The position numbers and the translations under genes were made by a program. Below are positions 28,892 through 42,801 of a stretch of 64,000 nt of DNA, piece by piece. The notes under the pieces are model-generated. The model was not told the DNA's origin and made no database searches. It saw only the letters and a list, made by a program, of their open reading frames with translations. Position 1 is the stretch's first letter; every line of letters begins with the position of its first letter. This stretch comes from Dimorphilus gyrociliatus (Eukaryota; Animalia; Annelida). The stretch spans positions 248,001-312,000 of the forward strand of contig CAJFCJ010000010.1 of assembly GCA_904063045.1 (NCBI GenBank), written 5' to 3'.

Positions 28892-31800
28892 ATGAAAGGC
28901 TTCCTCTTCAGCCTCTTCTTTCCAGTTTTCTTGAGCGGTGCAGCAGCAAATGACGCTCCGAAAGTGCATGCAGGTAAGAGATTTAATTACGTTCTCCATC
29001 CTATTTCACGTCCAAGCATAATTTTCGTCCTTGAGGGGTTTTCCCCAAAATGATAAATTTTTTCATTTTCCTCTCTTGTTTACTCATTAATTATTGGATC
29101 CTGTACGAATTGACGTCAATTTCTTCCGCTAGTTATAAATAACTAAATGTTTTTCGTACTTTACCGAAGAAGGCCTATATTTAGGACGCTTTCTACCCAT
29201 TTGGAAATTGATGTTTTATCTCTTAAAATGCGTATTATCTTAATGCTGTCAGTGCATTGAGGTAGCTTGGTGAGTGTTTGTGTGTGTGTGTGTGCGTGAG
29301 CTTGTATAAGGTTCCAATATAAAACTTCCATGATATATCGTTTTATGTTGAAAGAAAAATAAGTATTTATCAAAGATTTGCTTTTTCTCATTTAATCGAT
29401 TTGCTGAAGAAAAATCGAATAGAAATATAAAGAATTTTTTAAAATTTATATTTACAATCGTCCTAAAAATAGAGAATGAAACATCATTCTGCTATTCCAA
29501 ATTGGAACAGTTTTTTATAAATATATAACATCTATTTAAGGTGTAGTAGACAAACAAGCATTTTACCTGTTATTATTTGAGATTGCAATATATGATGAAA
29601 TCTTTTAATAGATAATTCTATATTTTGTAAGATTATTTGTAGTTTGTTCCTTGATAATTGTAAATATGATAAAAATGTGTTCGTTAGAATTCATCGATGT
29701 GGATGATGTTGTGCATCCGCCCTAATCTAAAACTCATCTCTTCACATTGTCACGCTGGCTCTTAGTGTTCTTTCCTTATATCTTATTCCATCGGCTTCTG
29801 TTCGACGATTAAATTTTAACAGTCTTTTAAACTAGTTTCTTATTTCATACGGCCTGTAGGAGTTTATTATACAATTGGATTATACATATAGATATAAATT
29901 TATATATAAATTATATGCATATAAATAGATATAAACTTATGATGAACGTATTTGCTATTGATAATCAGTATATTCACATATTAGACAATACAACGCAGAC
30001 GCTTTATATAGAGAATGATAAATACTTTGGAACTATTATTATATTATTCCAGTATCGTCATAAATAGGAATGTGAACAAAGAGTTTTAAACGTCAATAAC
30101 ATAGGAATGAAGCTTACTATTTCCAACATACATAGTTAAACGACAATTTATTTAATTATTCCGGTGCTAAGTACTAGTATCCTATTTCCACTACTGATCG
30201 TGTTTAAATAAATCTTGATTAAAAGAATTTTAAACCTTAATTTTACTAGAAAATTTTTTTTATTTGTCTATTGCTCTATTCATAATAACATATTTACTCA
30301 ACTAATAATATATCGACATTTATTCTCTACCTACATTCTCTTTCTTTACGCTTACTCATCCCCTTGAGTTCGTGTCTATGACTGTCTATTTCTTTTATGG
30401 CTTAATAATATATTGTTACAAAACTGGTAAAATTTCTACGCATTTATACAGCAATCTTACTACCCCTTTTTCACATACTAGAGTCCACTTTCAACGTTCT
30501 TTCCCACCCAGTCAATATATACTATACCAGGCACATGTGTACCGTGTCTAATTAGGCGAATTTCCATCTGTACTCTTTCGCTATAAGTACGATGGGAAAC
30601 TCATTAATGTAGTTGTACTATTATTTTTTTCTTTTATAAAGTTATAACTAATTGTAATTGACTTTTAGTAAATATACAATCACAAAAAAAAATTACGTTC
30701 CTGTATGGCAAATTATCATGCCATCAACTATAATTCATTCAATTGATCTTCATATGGTGGAAAATTTAATAAGATACAATGAAAGGGTAAAAATATATAA
30801 AAATGCTCACTTCCTGATAGTCAATTATTCACAATCGAAATTCTCCTTCTCTCTTCTCAATAATATCAATAGAAGAATGAGATTTCCAAATTGAATTTTG
30901 GTCCAATTAGCTAGGATATATAGAATTATAAGTGATTTCTCCTGAAATTTCTTGTATTTCTGTCTTCACAAAAACTGAATAAAATGTTTGATAATTGTGA
31001 AAGAAAGATAGAGAAAATGAAGAACGTTTTTTTTATAAATATAAATTATTAGAAAGAAAATAACACTATTAAAAGTAAATTTTCGATTTCTAGAAAAAAC
31101 ATCTAACAGATGTATATCGATTAGAATTTATGTCACGCCTATTTTTTTCAACATAAAGCTATCAAATAGATTATTCTTTAGAGAATTCTGGAATTATTCT
31201 CTTATTTGATTCTTTTTCTTGCTATTTACCCTTTTCCCCCTTGAAACAGATTTCTTATTTAGACACCAAATTGAGAATTCTACTATCACTTAATATTTTT
31301 CCACTAGCTAAGCAATTACGTGCGTTTATCATGCTTTTTAAGTAGATGATAATGGAAAGAAATTGATCACGTGACTTAGGAATAAATAGTATTTTCTTAA
31401 TAGGAAATTTGAAATCTGAAATATTATTCTCTTTATAATCTAGAAAATCTCTTAGATAACGGATACTGAATAAGACCAGTAAATTGGTACTTTTCCAGGA
31501 ATAGACTTTTTTCTTTCATTTGTTTAATTCAACTTGACTATGTATTGGTATTAGTAATAAAATTACCTTGGAAATTATCTAATAGTCGGTTAATGGATAA
31601 GAAAAGGAGTTTTATTAATATAAACAGTATACAGTATATATATACATTTAAGATATTTCTCTACAGACTGTAATTTTTTCTTTCTACACCTTTTAAAACT
31701 TAATGTTTAGCAACGTGACACATTTTATACATATAAAAATATTAATTCCCTCGATACATCCAACTATAATGGAATCATTTTTAGGATTAAAAGTAATATT

Positions 31801-34273
31801 GTATTAACCTGAATGACTATGAGCATTAGAGACATATTTAATGGAGAGGGTCAGTCTTTTTAAATTGTATTTCTAGGAAAGGATTATATTATTAGATGAT
31901 TTATACAAAACTTGTTAAGACAAGAAATAAGGAGAATATGCTATACAAAATAAAAAACGTATAGTCAATTGTTTATTGAAATTTCTTTGATCGTATATAC
32001 TCTTTTTTCCCTTACAGAAGAATCCTTCCCAAATGCTACAACAGTTGAAAATAGGACAATTTTATGTGAAGAATTATCTGAAGTTTATTACTATCCATAT
32101 CCTACTTTAACTTGTAAAAATATACGGTAAGGAATCTACTAAAAACACGTTAAATAAAGAAAAAAAAATAAAAAGTCATAACTCACTTGACGTCCTATGT
32201 AATAACTCATACATGTCACTTTTATTACTTTAGATTTTACTTGTAAAGTTATATAGTAAAAGGAAAAAAAAAGATTGATTGTTCAGGTGACATTTAATTA
32301 CTTAGTTATCGGATATATCTACCTGTTCGAAGGATTAAAATAGCCAATTCTATCCAGCACGTAACTTCGTTTTTGCATACTGCGTCTGTATCTATATAAT
32401 TATAAGCGTATTCTCATCTAATATTTATATTTAACATATTCATAAATAGAAATTGCTATATAAATATTATGTACAGTTTTGCATTAAATGACGATAAAAA
32501 TAGTTGTTTATTTCCCGGACAGAGGATAGGCCTAAAAACAATGGCTAGAATTTATACTTTCTTTCCTTTTCATTTCTTTATTTGTTTGTTTATAGTTACA
32601 AATAATTCTGTTATCAAATTACCGTTTCTCTTTAGTATTTATGTTATACAATATGTGATTCGCAGATGCGAAGTTGATTGGAAAGATAGAAAACGCTACG
32701 CAGATTTATTTATACTTTCTTATGTGCATTTCGATTTAGAATCGTAGATGATTGTAAATAGTTTGAAAGCAAACACGCATACTATTCTTTATGCTTTTGT
32801 TTAAACCCGGAAGAAATAATTGATATAATCACATGTTTCCAGTCCTAATTTCTATATTAGGGTACCTTAAGTATATGAAATTGATCTGAACTACCTTGAA
32901 ACAGTATATCTCAATCCTATATAGTGATATAGTACAACCAGTATATTACTTTATATTGTATGTACTTTTGTACACATACTTGAGTCTATTTGATAAATTG
33001 AATAGAAATTTTTATTTGCATTATGATAAATATGGAAATTATCTCTTTTTTCATAAACATTGTTTTTCTTTTATCCAGTGTTCGGCATCCTGAAAAGGAA
33101 GATGTTTTTTTCGTATCATTTGAAGGATCAATACCTCCTCATATATGTCATTATCGAGAGGAATTGCGAATGAGAGAGGAACTAGTAAGATTTTCAATAA
33201 CAATAGCAAAATAATATGCTGTAAGACAAAAACATAACGAATTTAATCAACTGCCCAACTAGTGGCAACTTGAAACAAGCTCTAAATAATCGGATTAATG
33301 GATTTCAAGGAGCAAGTCCGATAAAATTACAAGTTACCCTGTAGAGTTAATGAGAGTAAAACTTGGAAAAATGATACCTAACCTATAAATATATAGTTAG
33401 AGCAGCATATATCGCGTTGTCTTCAATTATACTCAATAGCCTCGTTTACATCACCTTTAAATATTTTTTTTTTATTCTGTAGACCCAAAAACATCCAATG
33501 AATTCCGAAATAGTTGAATCCAAAATTTTGGATTATCGTTACAAACATTATACAGACTATGGTCTTATGTGCAAACTTATGTTAAAGGCTTATCTACAAA
33601 GAGAAGCAGTTAATATTATCGCTGCAACTGTAAGTAAATAATACCATTCTATTAATATTGTATTAATATGTTGTACACAGATTTTGTTTGCTATTTGTTT
33701 ATTAAAATTAATTTATTTCATACTCTGTATACTAGATATATGTAGAGATAGTATATGAATTATAGCATATGTATATATTTATATGTGTACATGTCACAGA
33801 AATGATCCTATAGCCATACAGATAGATATCAGATCCTACATAAATATAGGAAAAGATATATAGAATAGAATTGAGCGAATTAATTACTTACTGTTATCAA
33901 CAAATATCAATTCGAGCAGTCTCATGATTTTTTTCACTCTTTCTCCATCTACATTTAATTACAATCTATGCAGATAATAACGGTTCATTTTTTTTACATT
34001 CTATTTATCTAACACAAGCATTCTACTCTCTATTAATTAGGGAGGAAGAAGATATAAAACTAATATAAAGTTGTTTATTAGAAATGATATTATGCTTGTC
34101 TCATCCTTATATTTTTCCATCAGGCGCGAGAATCATCATGTTCCAGAGTTGCTAAGAGAATGCGATTAAATAATGACTATTCAAAAAATCCCCCAGAACC
34201 GAGGTGGAATATTTTAGAAGCAGACAAAGGATATTTGAAAACATTAAACTGTCACTTTAATACTGCTTCTTAA
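28892..34273 (+). CDS. Uncharacterised secreted protein, about 197 aa, 6 Cys, 5 coding exons
   Basis: Exons 28892-28973, 32018-32126, 33079-33184, 33483-33629 and 34124-34273 have GTAAG donors and pyrimidine-tract AG acceptors, and phases 1/2/0/0 match with no internal stop. Signal peptide MKGFLFSLFFPVFLSGAAA. Confidence 0.8.
29279..29294. repeat. (TG)n microsatellite
   Basis: Direct reading; lies in the 3 kb intron of the secreted-protein gene. Confidence 0.9.
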
Positions 34274-35943
34274 CGGTCGCGTTCGATTTTGATATAAGGC
34301 TGTGATATTTTTTATCGCTTATTCTTTATTAGCTGCAGAAATGTTATTTGAAAAAAAAAGAAAAGGATAATATTGAAAATATGTTTGTTTCTTTTTCTCT
34401 CATTTTCGTTTTTTCTTGTTATCAAATAAACAAAAAAGTTAAGTAGTTTAAAAGTTACGAAAGGAAAATATTTCATTTTATATTTATTCTGTTTGTTTGT
34501 TTTGTTTACTTGTTTCTTTATTAATAAGTTTTTTTTTATTGATTATTTCTTTTGTAGAAATTTTTAACAAAAATATAAGTTTTTTTAATATAAAATTGTA
34601 AGGTTTTTAAAAGAAGACCTGTTTGTGTTCAACAAGAAAATATTAAAAAAAACATTCTCTTTTCTTTCCCTTCTGATTTTTATTATCAAGATTTTCTTGT
34701 CTACTTTCATATTGAGTTCTGATCTAATATATGGAAATAATAAATCGAAATAAAAAAAATTTATCTTCAAATAATCATTTAAATAATTAATTAATTCAAT
34801 TTTTAAATTTAATTCTAATAAACAATAAAAATATTAATTAATATTTGAGCGAAAATATTAAAAACCTGCTTATTTTTACTCCGTAAAATATGATTTGTTG
34901 GTCCGAAAGAAATCATTTTGCTCTTTGCCAAAAAGATGAAATTCAACATGAAATCTTACTATTTATACGCCAAATAAGAAATGATTTTGATAATTTAATG
35001 GTAAGATCTAATAAAAAGGGAAATTCTATGAATATTAATGAGCTAAAAGTACAAATGTATAAAGCGAATGAATTAATAAAAAATTTGAATGACCTCCAAT
35101 ACGCTATGCTTGATTTCCATATTGAATTTCAAACAAATGTTCATTTTTTTTATTTACTAAATTCGGCTATTTTAAACTAACTTTGTACAAGAAATTTTAA
35201 TGAAAAATGTACAAAGTATAGGTTAATAAGACTGCGTATACTGTGTAAAATATACAGTATATATACTGTATATAGATTAATCAGCAGCTCTTTTCAAAAA
35301 CAGTAATCGAGCATAGGTCGTATAACAGTTAGGTAGTAATCAACTAATTGAACGAATACTTAAGTCTGTCGAACATTATCGAGATCTTATAACAGTACAA
35401 ATACGAATAAAAGGCATAATGGATAATATTCGTCGCAGCTTAAATGTTACATAACTGGTTTTCAATTTTATCAATAAAAATAACAAAAAGGAAAAGGAAA
35501 CTGTAAACTTAGTGTACACAACTTCAATATCCGACATATGTTTTTGTTTCCTTTTGTAAAATGATACTGATTATATTAAATTTTAAATAAAAAAAAAGGA
35601 TTCACAAAGCAAAAATCAATTTTTCATTGTTTTCAAGAAATAGCCTCGATTTCAATGGGTTTCAAGCTTTTGTTTAATAGTTTCTTTTCTTCTAATTTCT
35701 GTTTATGAAAATATTAAAAAAATCATATATTAACAATACAGTACATCGGTTTTTATTATTGTAGCGTCTACTCTAGTCTTACCAATCGTTGAAAACTTTT
35801 TTCACGTGATACTGCAAGTATCTTCAATATGCAACGATATGAGTGCCTATTTTGTTTGAAAACGGCCAAAAAGTTATCCAAAGCAAAGCTGTTATAATTG
35901 AATTAATTAGTAAATTTATTGACTCTTTCATCTCTGAAATGTT

Positions 35944-37717
35944 TTACCATTTAAAAATGTTCCTCCTTAATGGGAAATTCTGAAAATAAAAAGCGTAGCA
36001 TCTTAGAAATTACAAAAATATACAATAATATTAGATGTCAAGCATATTTTTTTCTTGTATTTATACCTGTTTAAGGTAAGCTTTCATTTTATCGAAAAAC
36101 TCTTCAATAGCATGAAAGATTAAAGCTAATGGAAATGAAATAAAATGTTATACAGTTGCAATTTAAAGTGTAAACAATAGTCTTTGTTTTTTTACATGTG
36201 AAAAATTTAGGATTCTTAGCAACATTCTTTGATCCTTTGAAAACCTTCATCGAGCATTTCAATCTCATTGCGATGATAGTAAAAAGAAGATGAATATTTC
36301 GTACAATATGAAATTCATCATTAATCTAAAAAGAGAATTATACATAACTATTTATAGATAGATAAATCGAAAAATTAAAAGGATAATTAAATTTAATTTT
36401 CGATTTTTTAACAAATTGCTCATGACTTAAATTATTTGTATTACTCTGTTGTCAAAGAAGATTCTTCTAGACTTCACTCGAAGGAATTTTAATATTTGAG
36501 CCTTTAAATTTAAGCCTCTTTTAGAGGAATAGCATCGTGTAATAGTATCACTTATATCTAAAAATAAAAAAGAGAAACATTTAACAATTGCTAACTTATT
36601 TTGACTGATTAAATACTAAATTTACCTATTCCTGTGTAACCTTCAAGAGAAACATCAACCCCCAGCGTTACAGTGTTAAAAATATAACCACAGAAAGATA
36701 TATTGTCTGTAGGGTAAAAAATAATTAGGTCTACATAATACATATCAACGAATAAGATAAAAAAAAGAGAAAATTCTAATGCTCTTTTTTTCCTAACATA
36801 TAAATTGGTTACCTTGCAAAGGTAAATCTTTTATTAAGAAGCAATTCGTGACAAGTTTTTCTTTATTAATAAAGCAGTTGTATTTGGGAAAACCCTGCTT
36901 TAGGATGTTGTAAAATTTAAGAGTTCGCTCGGGAGAAGGTGAAATGAAGAGAAAATCGTCAATTTGACGCATTAGTAAGTCTTCTTCTTTCACTTCGAAG
37001 TATTCTCTTTCTAATTTTGCATAATACATATTACATAACATAGAAGACAATACGTATCCTTGGGGTATGCCCATTTCTTGCTTATAATATTTGCTTCCGA
37101 TCTAAAATTTAGGACAAGCAAACGTAATTAGCAATTAACATTTCAAATAGAAATAGGTGAAGCTACTGTATTAAAAAGAGTGGAGATATATGAACATAAA
37201 GCATTACCTTGATTACATGACTTTTTAAAACATTCATAATTGTTTCAATTACTCTCCGTCTCGTGAATTCGTTTATCCAACCTCTATCATAGAATATAAC
37301 ATTTCTATATTTATCATAATTTTCACTTTCATTCAGAATGTTTATTGGATTTCTTTCGTAATTCTCTTCCGAAAACACTTCAGTTTTAAAGTGATTATTA
37401 AACTATTCAATTACAGAATATACATTATTTTTTCGTATATCATTTATTAAGAAACTCATTATTACTATTAAAAAAGTACTAACTCTGCCATTCGAACAAC
37501 CAGTAATTACGAACAATCTAGTAAGGAGAAGATTTTCCGCTTGTGCCTTTTTCATAGAAATTGATTAATTAGTCTACCTTTAAGCTTACAACTTAATAGT
37601 TTCATGCTCACATCATTTAGTACGAATTCCGTTAGTACGTCTTGAAGCCTTATTAAATCAATGGAGTCATAAGCCTTTTTAATATCAGCTTTGATAAAAT
37701 ACAATTTTCTATAGTTG

Positions 37718-37777
<60 letters not shown>

Positions 37778-40700
37778 TATACATGAATAGATATGTATAT
37801 GTATACAGTATATACATGTATATACATATTTATAAAGATATTTAGAAATTAAAACCTATTATCATTATTCAACTTTCGTTTATTAACAAATTCTAGCCAT
37901 TTAGCGTATAAGTTTTGCTCTCCAAATAGACTTGAACCCAGTAAAGAAGGATTACTTTTCTAAGAAAATCATAAATTACATTTAAGATATTAATAAACAG
38001 AAAAAGTAATAAAGTTAATTAATCAAAACTTACATAAATACTTTCTAATACTTTTAAGAGAATCGCTTGATGTATTAAATACTTTTTTTTACCCTTTGGC
38101 TTTATATTATGAACATTAGTTATAGGTCTTAAATCGCTTGTTTTTGGTAGGTATCTAAATGTCGAAAGTATATATACATTTAGCCTATATTTATGTATAT
38201 TTAATCAATATAATGCTATTATCAAATCAATAAAAAAATAAAATCAAACCTTAGTGTCGACATTGGTAATTTATGACTTTTGAATTGCTCGACTTCACTG
38301 TTATTCATACATCTAAAGACTTTCTTCTTAGTATAACTATTTAAGCCAATTCTTGCTATTTTGTGCCAAATAATCTTTCTATAGAAGAAAGTCCTTTGTC
38401 TATAGTCAGTTGTATCGGTCACATAGTAGAATGTTTTAATTATTTCAAAAATATATTTTTCTACTATAAATATAGCTAATTTGGCAGTAAAATTTCTTTT
38501 GCAGTCTATATTTAAATCTCCCAAGTATTTTAGATGTTTAATCTGCATCAAATAAATATATGCAAATATATATATATAATACAAAATATAAAGATAAAAA
38601 GCTTTTAACAATAAACAAAAAAAAAGCTAACAACCTTAAAATTTTCCATTAAATAGCCCAAAGAGAATTTTTCAAATATATTCATCTTAACTACATCTTT
38701 GATTGCTTTTATGATTCTATTTCGGTTTGATTTACCACCAAGCAATTCGGTTGGAATAACATCAATAACGATTTTTCTAAGTAGCAGATACAACTATATG
38801 GGGAAAAAAATAATTATAGAAAGAAAGATATTAACGTTAAAAAAGTAAACACATGTAGGGAAGAGAAATGTTAAAAAGAAAAACTATTAATTATCTTTGG
38901 AATAGTAATGAATAATTACAGAAAAGGAGAAAAAAGAGATACTTGCCTGGTCGTGATCTGTATATTTTCCAAATAGTGCTACGAGATCTTTTCTTCTACA
39001 CATTGAATTATTAGTATATTTGTTAACAATCCTACTTGCCACATTTTTTTTGTGATTTATAGCAGAATTTTTTCTTTTTGAAGACGCCAATTCAGCTCTT
39101 TGACATTTTTGAAGATTTTTTATTTTAAATATCATATTATAGCGGTATTTCTTATGATTTTCAATTAATCTTCCGAGCAGATCCAATAAACCATTTAGTT
39201 TATCAGTTTCATTTAATATTTTCATAAATATATCATTAAATACTTTATCATCTTTTGAAGCTGATATATCAAGGATATATTTAAGTAATTCCTTTGGAGA
39301 GACATTTTCCTTCTTCAATTTATATAATAGAGCTATCACATGTCAAATGTAAGAAAATCTTTAAAGTTTCACTAGTTAATGTGTAGTTAATAGTCATAAC
39401 TTACAAAACTTAACAAAATTTTCAGTTAGCTTTGGTTGATAAAATACAGATCTCCTATCAATTATTTGATGATGGCTAAAAGTACATTATATCTTCATTA
39501 ATACATCAATATCTTGTTAAAAGAAACGATTTCTACAAATTAACGATAAATTACGATAAATTACTTGTATGCTTGCAAATTTTCTTCGATAGGTCTATTT
39601 CTGCTATGAAAGGATATTGACATTGGTCTTGTAGGTATTGTTTTTTTTTTAGTAAATCTCTTTTCTGCTAATGCGCAAAGTCTGTCCATAAACTTAGCAT
39701 TTTTTATTTCCCAGTCCTCGATTTTCCTTCTCTTATTAGAAAGAACTTCGTCATTCTCAAAGCTAGAATCTGAGTTTGAATCGTCTCTGTCTAACTTTCT
39801 CTTTGTATTCTTTTGAGTGAAACAGGTAAAATAGGTAGAACTGTTACTATTATTAGAATCTTGAGTTTTTTCGACTTGTTTGTCTGAATGGTTTGATGAA
39901 AATAGGTCGTTTGAATGGTGGGAATAGATCCTTGGTTTTCTAGTCCTTTTAGGTTTTTCTTTAAGAAATCTCTCGTGTAAAGGCAAATTAATAATCATTT
40001 TAAAAACAGGTTCTCCTGTTAACATTATATAAAAATAGAAGCTATTTTAATATTATTCAATTTTATAAATTAAAAATTAAATAACCTGATAACTGGAACA
40101 CACAGCCGTGACGTAAAGGTAAAAAAAGAGAACATTTTGTGAAGACGGTATCGATAAATTCTAAACCGACTCTATTTATAGAAGATGTTTTTGTTTCCAC
40201 ATCATAAATATTTGATTAATACTAAGATTGATAAGAATATAAGAATGCAAACGAACTTTCTAAGCAAGATTTTCCAACGTTTACTAAAGAAAAAGTTGTA
40301 AATATAGATCATGTTTGGTTGTTTATCAAAGATGTTTTCGATCTAAAATCAAATTAATTTAGTAATTAATTGATTAACTAACTAATTAGTTGTTTGATAG
40401 TGTTTTCTTTACAGTTGACAATGAGCAATATAACACTTACATTACTCGGTTGTTCAATATCTTTTAATCTTAGATCTTTGCGAAACTTCTATCAATGTTT
40501 TCATAACATGGAAATAAACAATAGCAAAATAGTAGACAAATTTAATGGCTTTGTGAAATGAATTATTTAAATACTCTAGCGAGATATCCTTTGAAATGTG
40601 TTACATCTGGTGATGGGGATAATCTAGACGAATTCATATCGATTTCATAGTTTGTGCAAACTTGAATTTCTAATAGAAAGCCTTTGAAACTTTATAGTAA

Positions 40701-40864
40701 TATTTTAATAATAAATTTATTTCATTTTCTAAAATTTCTTAAAAATTTACTTACGCTTTATTTTTTTGCAAATTCCATAGAACGTCTATTTCTTCTCCCG
40801 TTGAATATTTTAAGTGCTCGTAGAGTGTTGTATGAATTTTATAGAAATGTTTTAAATAATCCAT
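35944..40864 (-). CDS. TERT: Telomerase reverse transcriptase, many exons; exact ends approximate
   Basis: TEN: WKILLRK|VGLEFIDTVFTKCSLFLPLRHGCVFQLSG. T motif FYYVTDTTDYRQRTFFYRKIIW, motifs 1-2 RYLPKTSDLRPITN, motif A YFIKADIKKAYDSI, B' GIPQGYVLSSMLC, C LMRQIDDFL, D QGFPKYNCFINKEK. Catalytic aspartates are present. Confidence 0.95.
37722..37774. repeat. (AT)n microsatellite, about 26 units, in a TERT intron
   Basis: Direct reading. Confidence 0.95.
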
Positions 40865-41737
40865 TTCCCCCCCTATTATCGCTCGTTGAATGATAATATT
40901 ATTTAAGATAATTGGTTTCTTCCTTATATTATTCAAAATTGAAAATTGTAAAAATGTACAGTTGTAAAATTCAAATAAAAAAGTTTAGACGAAAAACAAT
41001 TGGCTCTCCAAATTAGAAAAAAAACTTTAAAAACCAACAAGTCTAACCGCCTAAATATCTTCGCATAGCGCCTTCTGGTGGATATGAGGAGAAGGAGAAA
41101 TATAGAACGTTATAATAAAAGGATTGTTTTGATATGACATCGACATTGTAAGCTATAAATAATGATTACACTAAAAAATTGATAAAAACATGTGTAAGAA
41201 AGAGACATCTGGAATATAGGGCATTTTTAAAAAAAAGCTCAACTGGGTCTTTATATATCGATGTCAGTAGTTCCCGTCTCCTAACACGGCGACAGCTAGT
41301 ATGGCTTAATGCTTATGAATATTGCAATAATAATAAAAATATATATACATACAAGTCAATTACATACTATTAAAATCAGGCTCTATTGTAAAGTTTAAAA
41401 CCAATTTGAAAACAAAGTTGAAATAACTATTGTAGAAGGCGTCAAGGTTTCAGTGGAACAAAAAGAAATTGAAAATAAAAAGTTCAATCAAAAATAAACG
41501 CTTTAAATCCAAAAATTCCAACATGAACAAAAAAACAGAATGTTTCTTAAACAATCAAACAAAATTTTCAATTTCACGAATTTTCATAAAATTCGACGAA
41601 AAATTTACAAGTTATTAATACATTTCTCTTTCGAAAATTTTTTTTCACATTTTTTATACGACTAACAAAGAGAAAACAAATAAAAAAGCACCTTTGCTGG
41701 TGGAATGCGCGAATCGCAAATGACCCTTATGTGCGAT

Positions 41738-42276
41738 TTATACATGCATATTCAGCAGCTGCTTTAATTTTTCGGCTATGTCAACTTCATTCATCTCTAA
41801 TTTATTATATTTCGATTTATCTTTCGGCGTCATCCAGTGCAAAGGTGGAGGTGGAAGTTCACTGGGCGAAGGAGGGTCATGAAACTTGGCTCCTATAGAG
41901 TAACATTAGTATTATTTTTTTAAGCAAACAAATATATTTTTCAAACATTATTGTCTAATTTCTAGTTCTAGTTAGGTTTAAAAAAGCCTATGTTTTGAAT
42001 TGTGTCATGAACAGAGAACAGGATAACCTCTACGGGATTATATTGAACTAAATTTTGAACAAGATTAAATATGGAGTATTTAAAATCGATTTTTTCATGG
42101 TTAAATAATGAATAACTGTTACCTGCATAATTTGGTGACCTCGAAAGATTCGTGAATTGTTCATTAGGTCTGTGCGGAATAGTTTTGGGTGACGATGACT
42201 TGTTCTTATTGCTCCGATGTGAGGAAGATGTCTTCCTTCGGACGGTGGTAGTAACTGCCGTTTCTCCTCTCATCAT
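41738..42276 (-). CDS. PNRC: Proline-rich nuclear receptor coactivator (PNRC1/2-like), 2 exons; an upstream in-frame ATG at 42312 is an alternative start
   Basis: Exon 42123-42276 plus exon 41738-41892 give NYA|GAKFHDPPSPSELPPPPLHW (PNRC signature YAGAKFxxPPSPxxLPxPPxHW) and C-terminal IAEKLKQLLNMHV*. Confidence 0.9.
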
Positions 42277-42598
42277 TAAAATACAACTTGAGCATAAACC
42301 CCTCTGACACATTGGTAACTATAGATAATCGAAAAATGAGGGAACTGTCAAAATCTGTTCGAAACACAAAGCGAAACTTGTTTTAGTAAACAAAACCAAC
42401 ATGGCGGACCTCTTTATGCATACCTAATTTTAACAGTCTTCTATTCACGGGCTCCGTCCGAGAAACTTGGATTTAATCTATATTCCAAGGTTGTCTACTT
42501 TCTATTCACCAAAATGAATGATCTTCAAATATATATATGGTGAAGATGGTAGGTGTTTTAATGAATGTTCTCCAGTGTTTCCTTTAATCATGCAACAA

Positions 42599-42627
42599 CC
42601 AATCAGCTGCTCTAGTGACGTCATTGG
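42599..42627. promoter_or_regulatory. CCAAT box, full CRE and inverted CCAAT upstream of PNRC
   Basis: CCAATCAG about 42599, TGACGTCA 42616-42623, adjacent ATTGG. Confidence 0.5.
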
Positions 42628-42801
42628 GCATGCTGAGAGTTCCGCCCATAAATTTGTTACACAAAAACTGTGCGCGCAACAGGGAACCATATTGTTGATA
42701 TACACTACCGACCTCTGGTATAAAAACTATCGTAAATATTTATCTAAACAAATGTTCAAAACTTATGTTATGTAAGACAGATTGTTCATATAGAGAGTCC
42801 C

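Noticed and set aside
30167-30178. CTAAGTACTAGT matches the first 12 nt of miR-252 as I recall it
   Set aside because: The sequence diverges immediately afterwards and there is no 60-70 nt precursor hairpin.
36793-37074. Reverse-transcriptase motifs as evidence of a retrotransposon
   Set aside because: They are spread over spliceosomal exons together with TEN and T motifs, which identifies cellular TERT.
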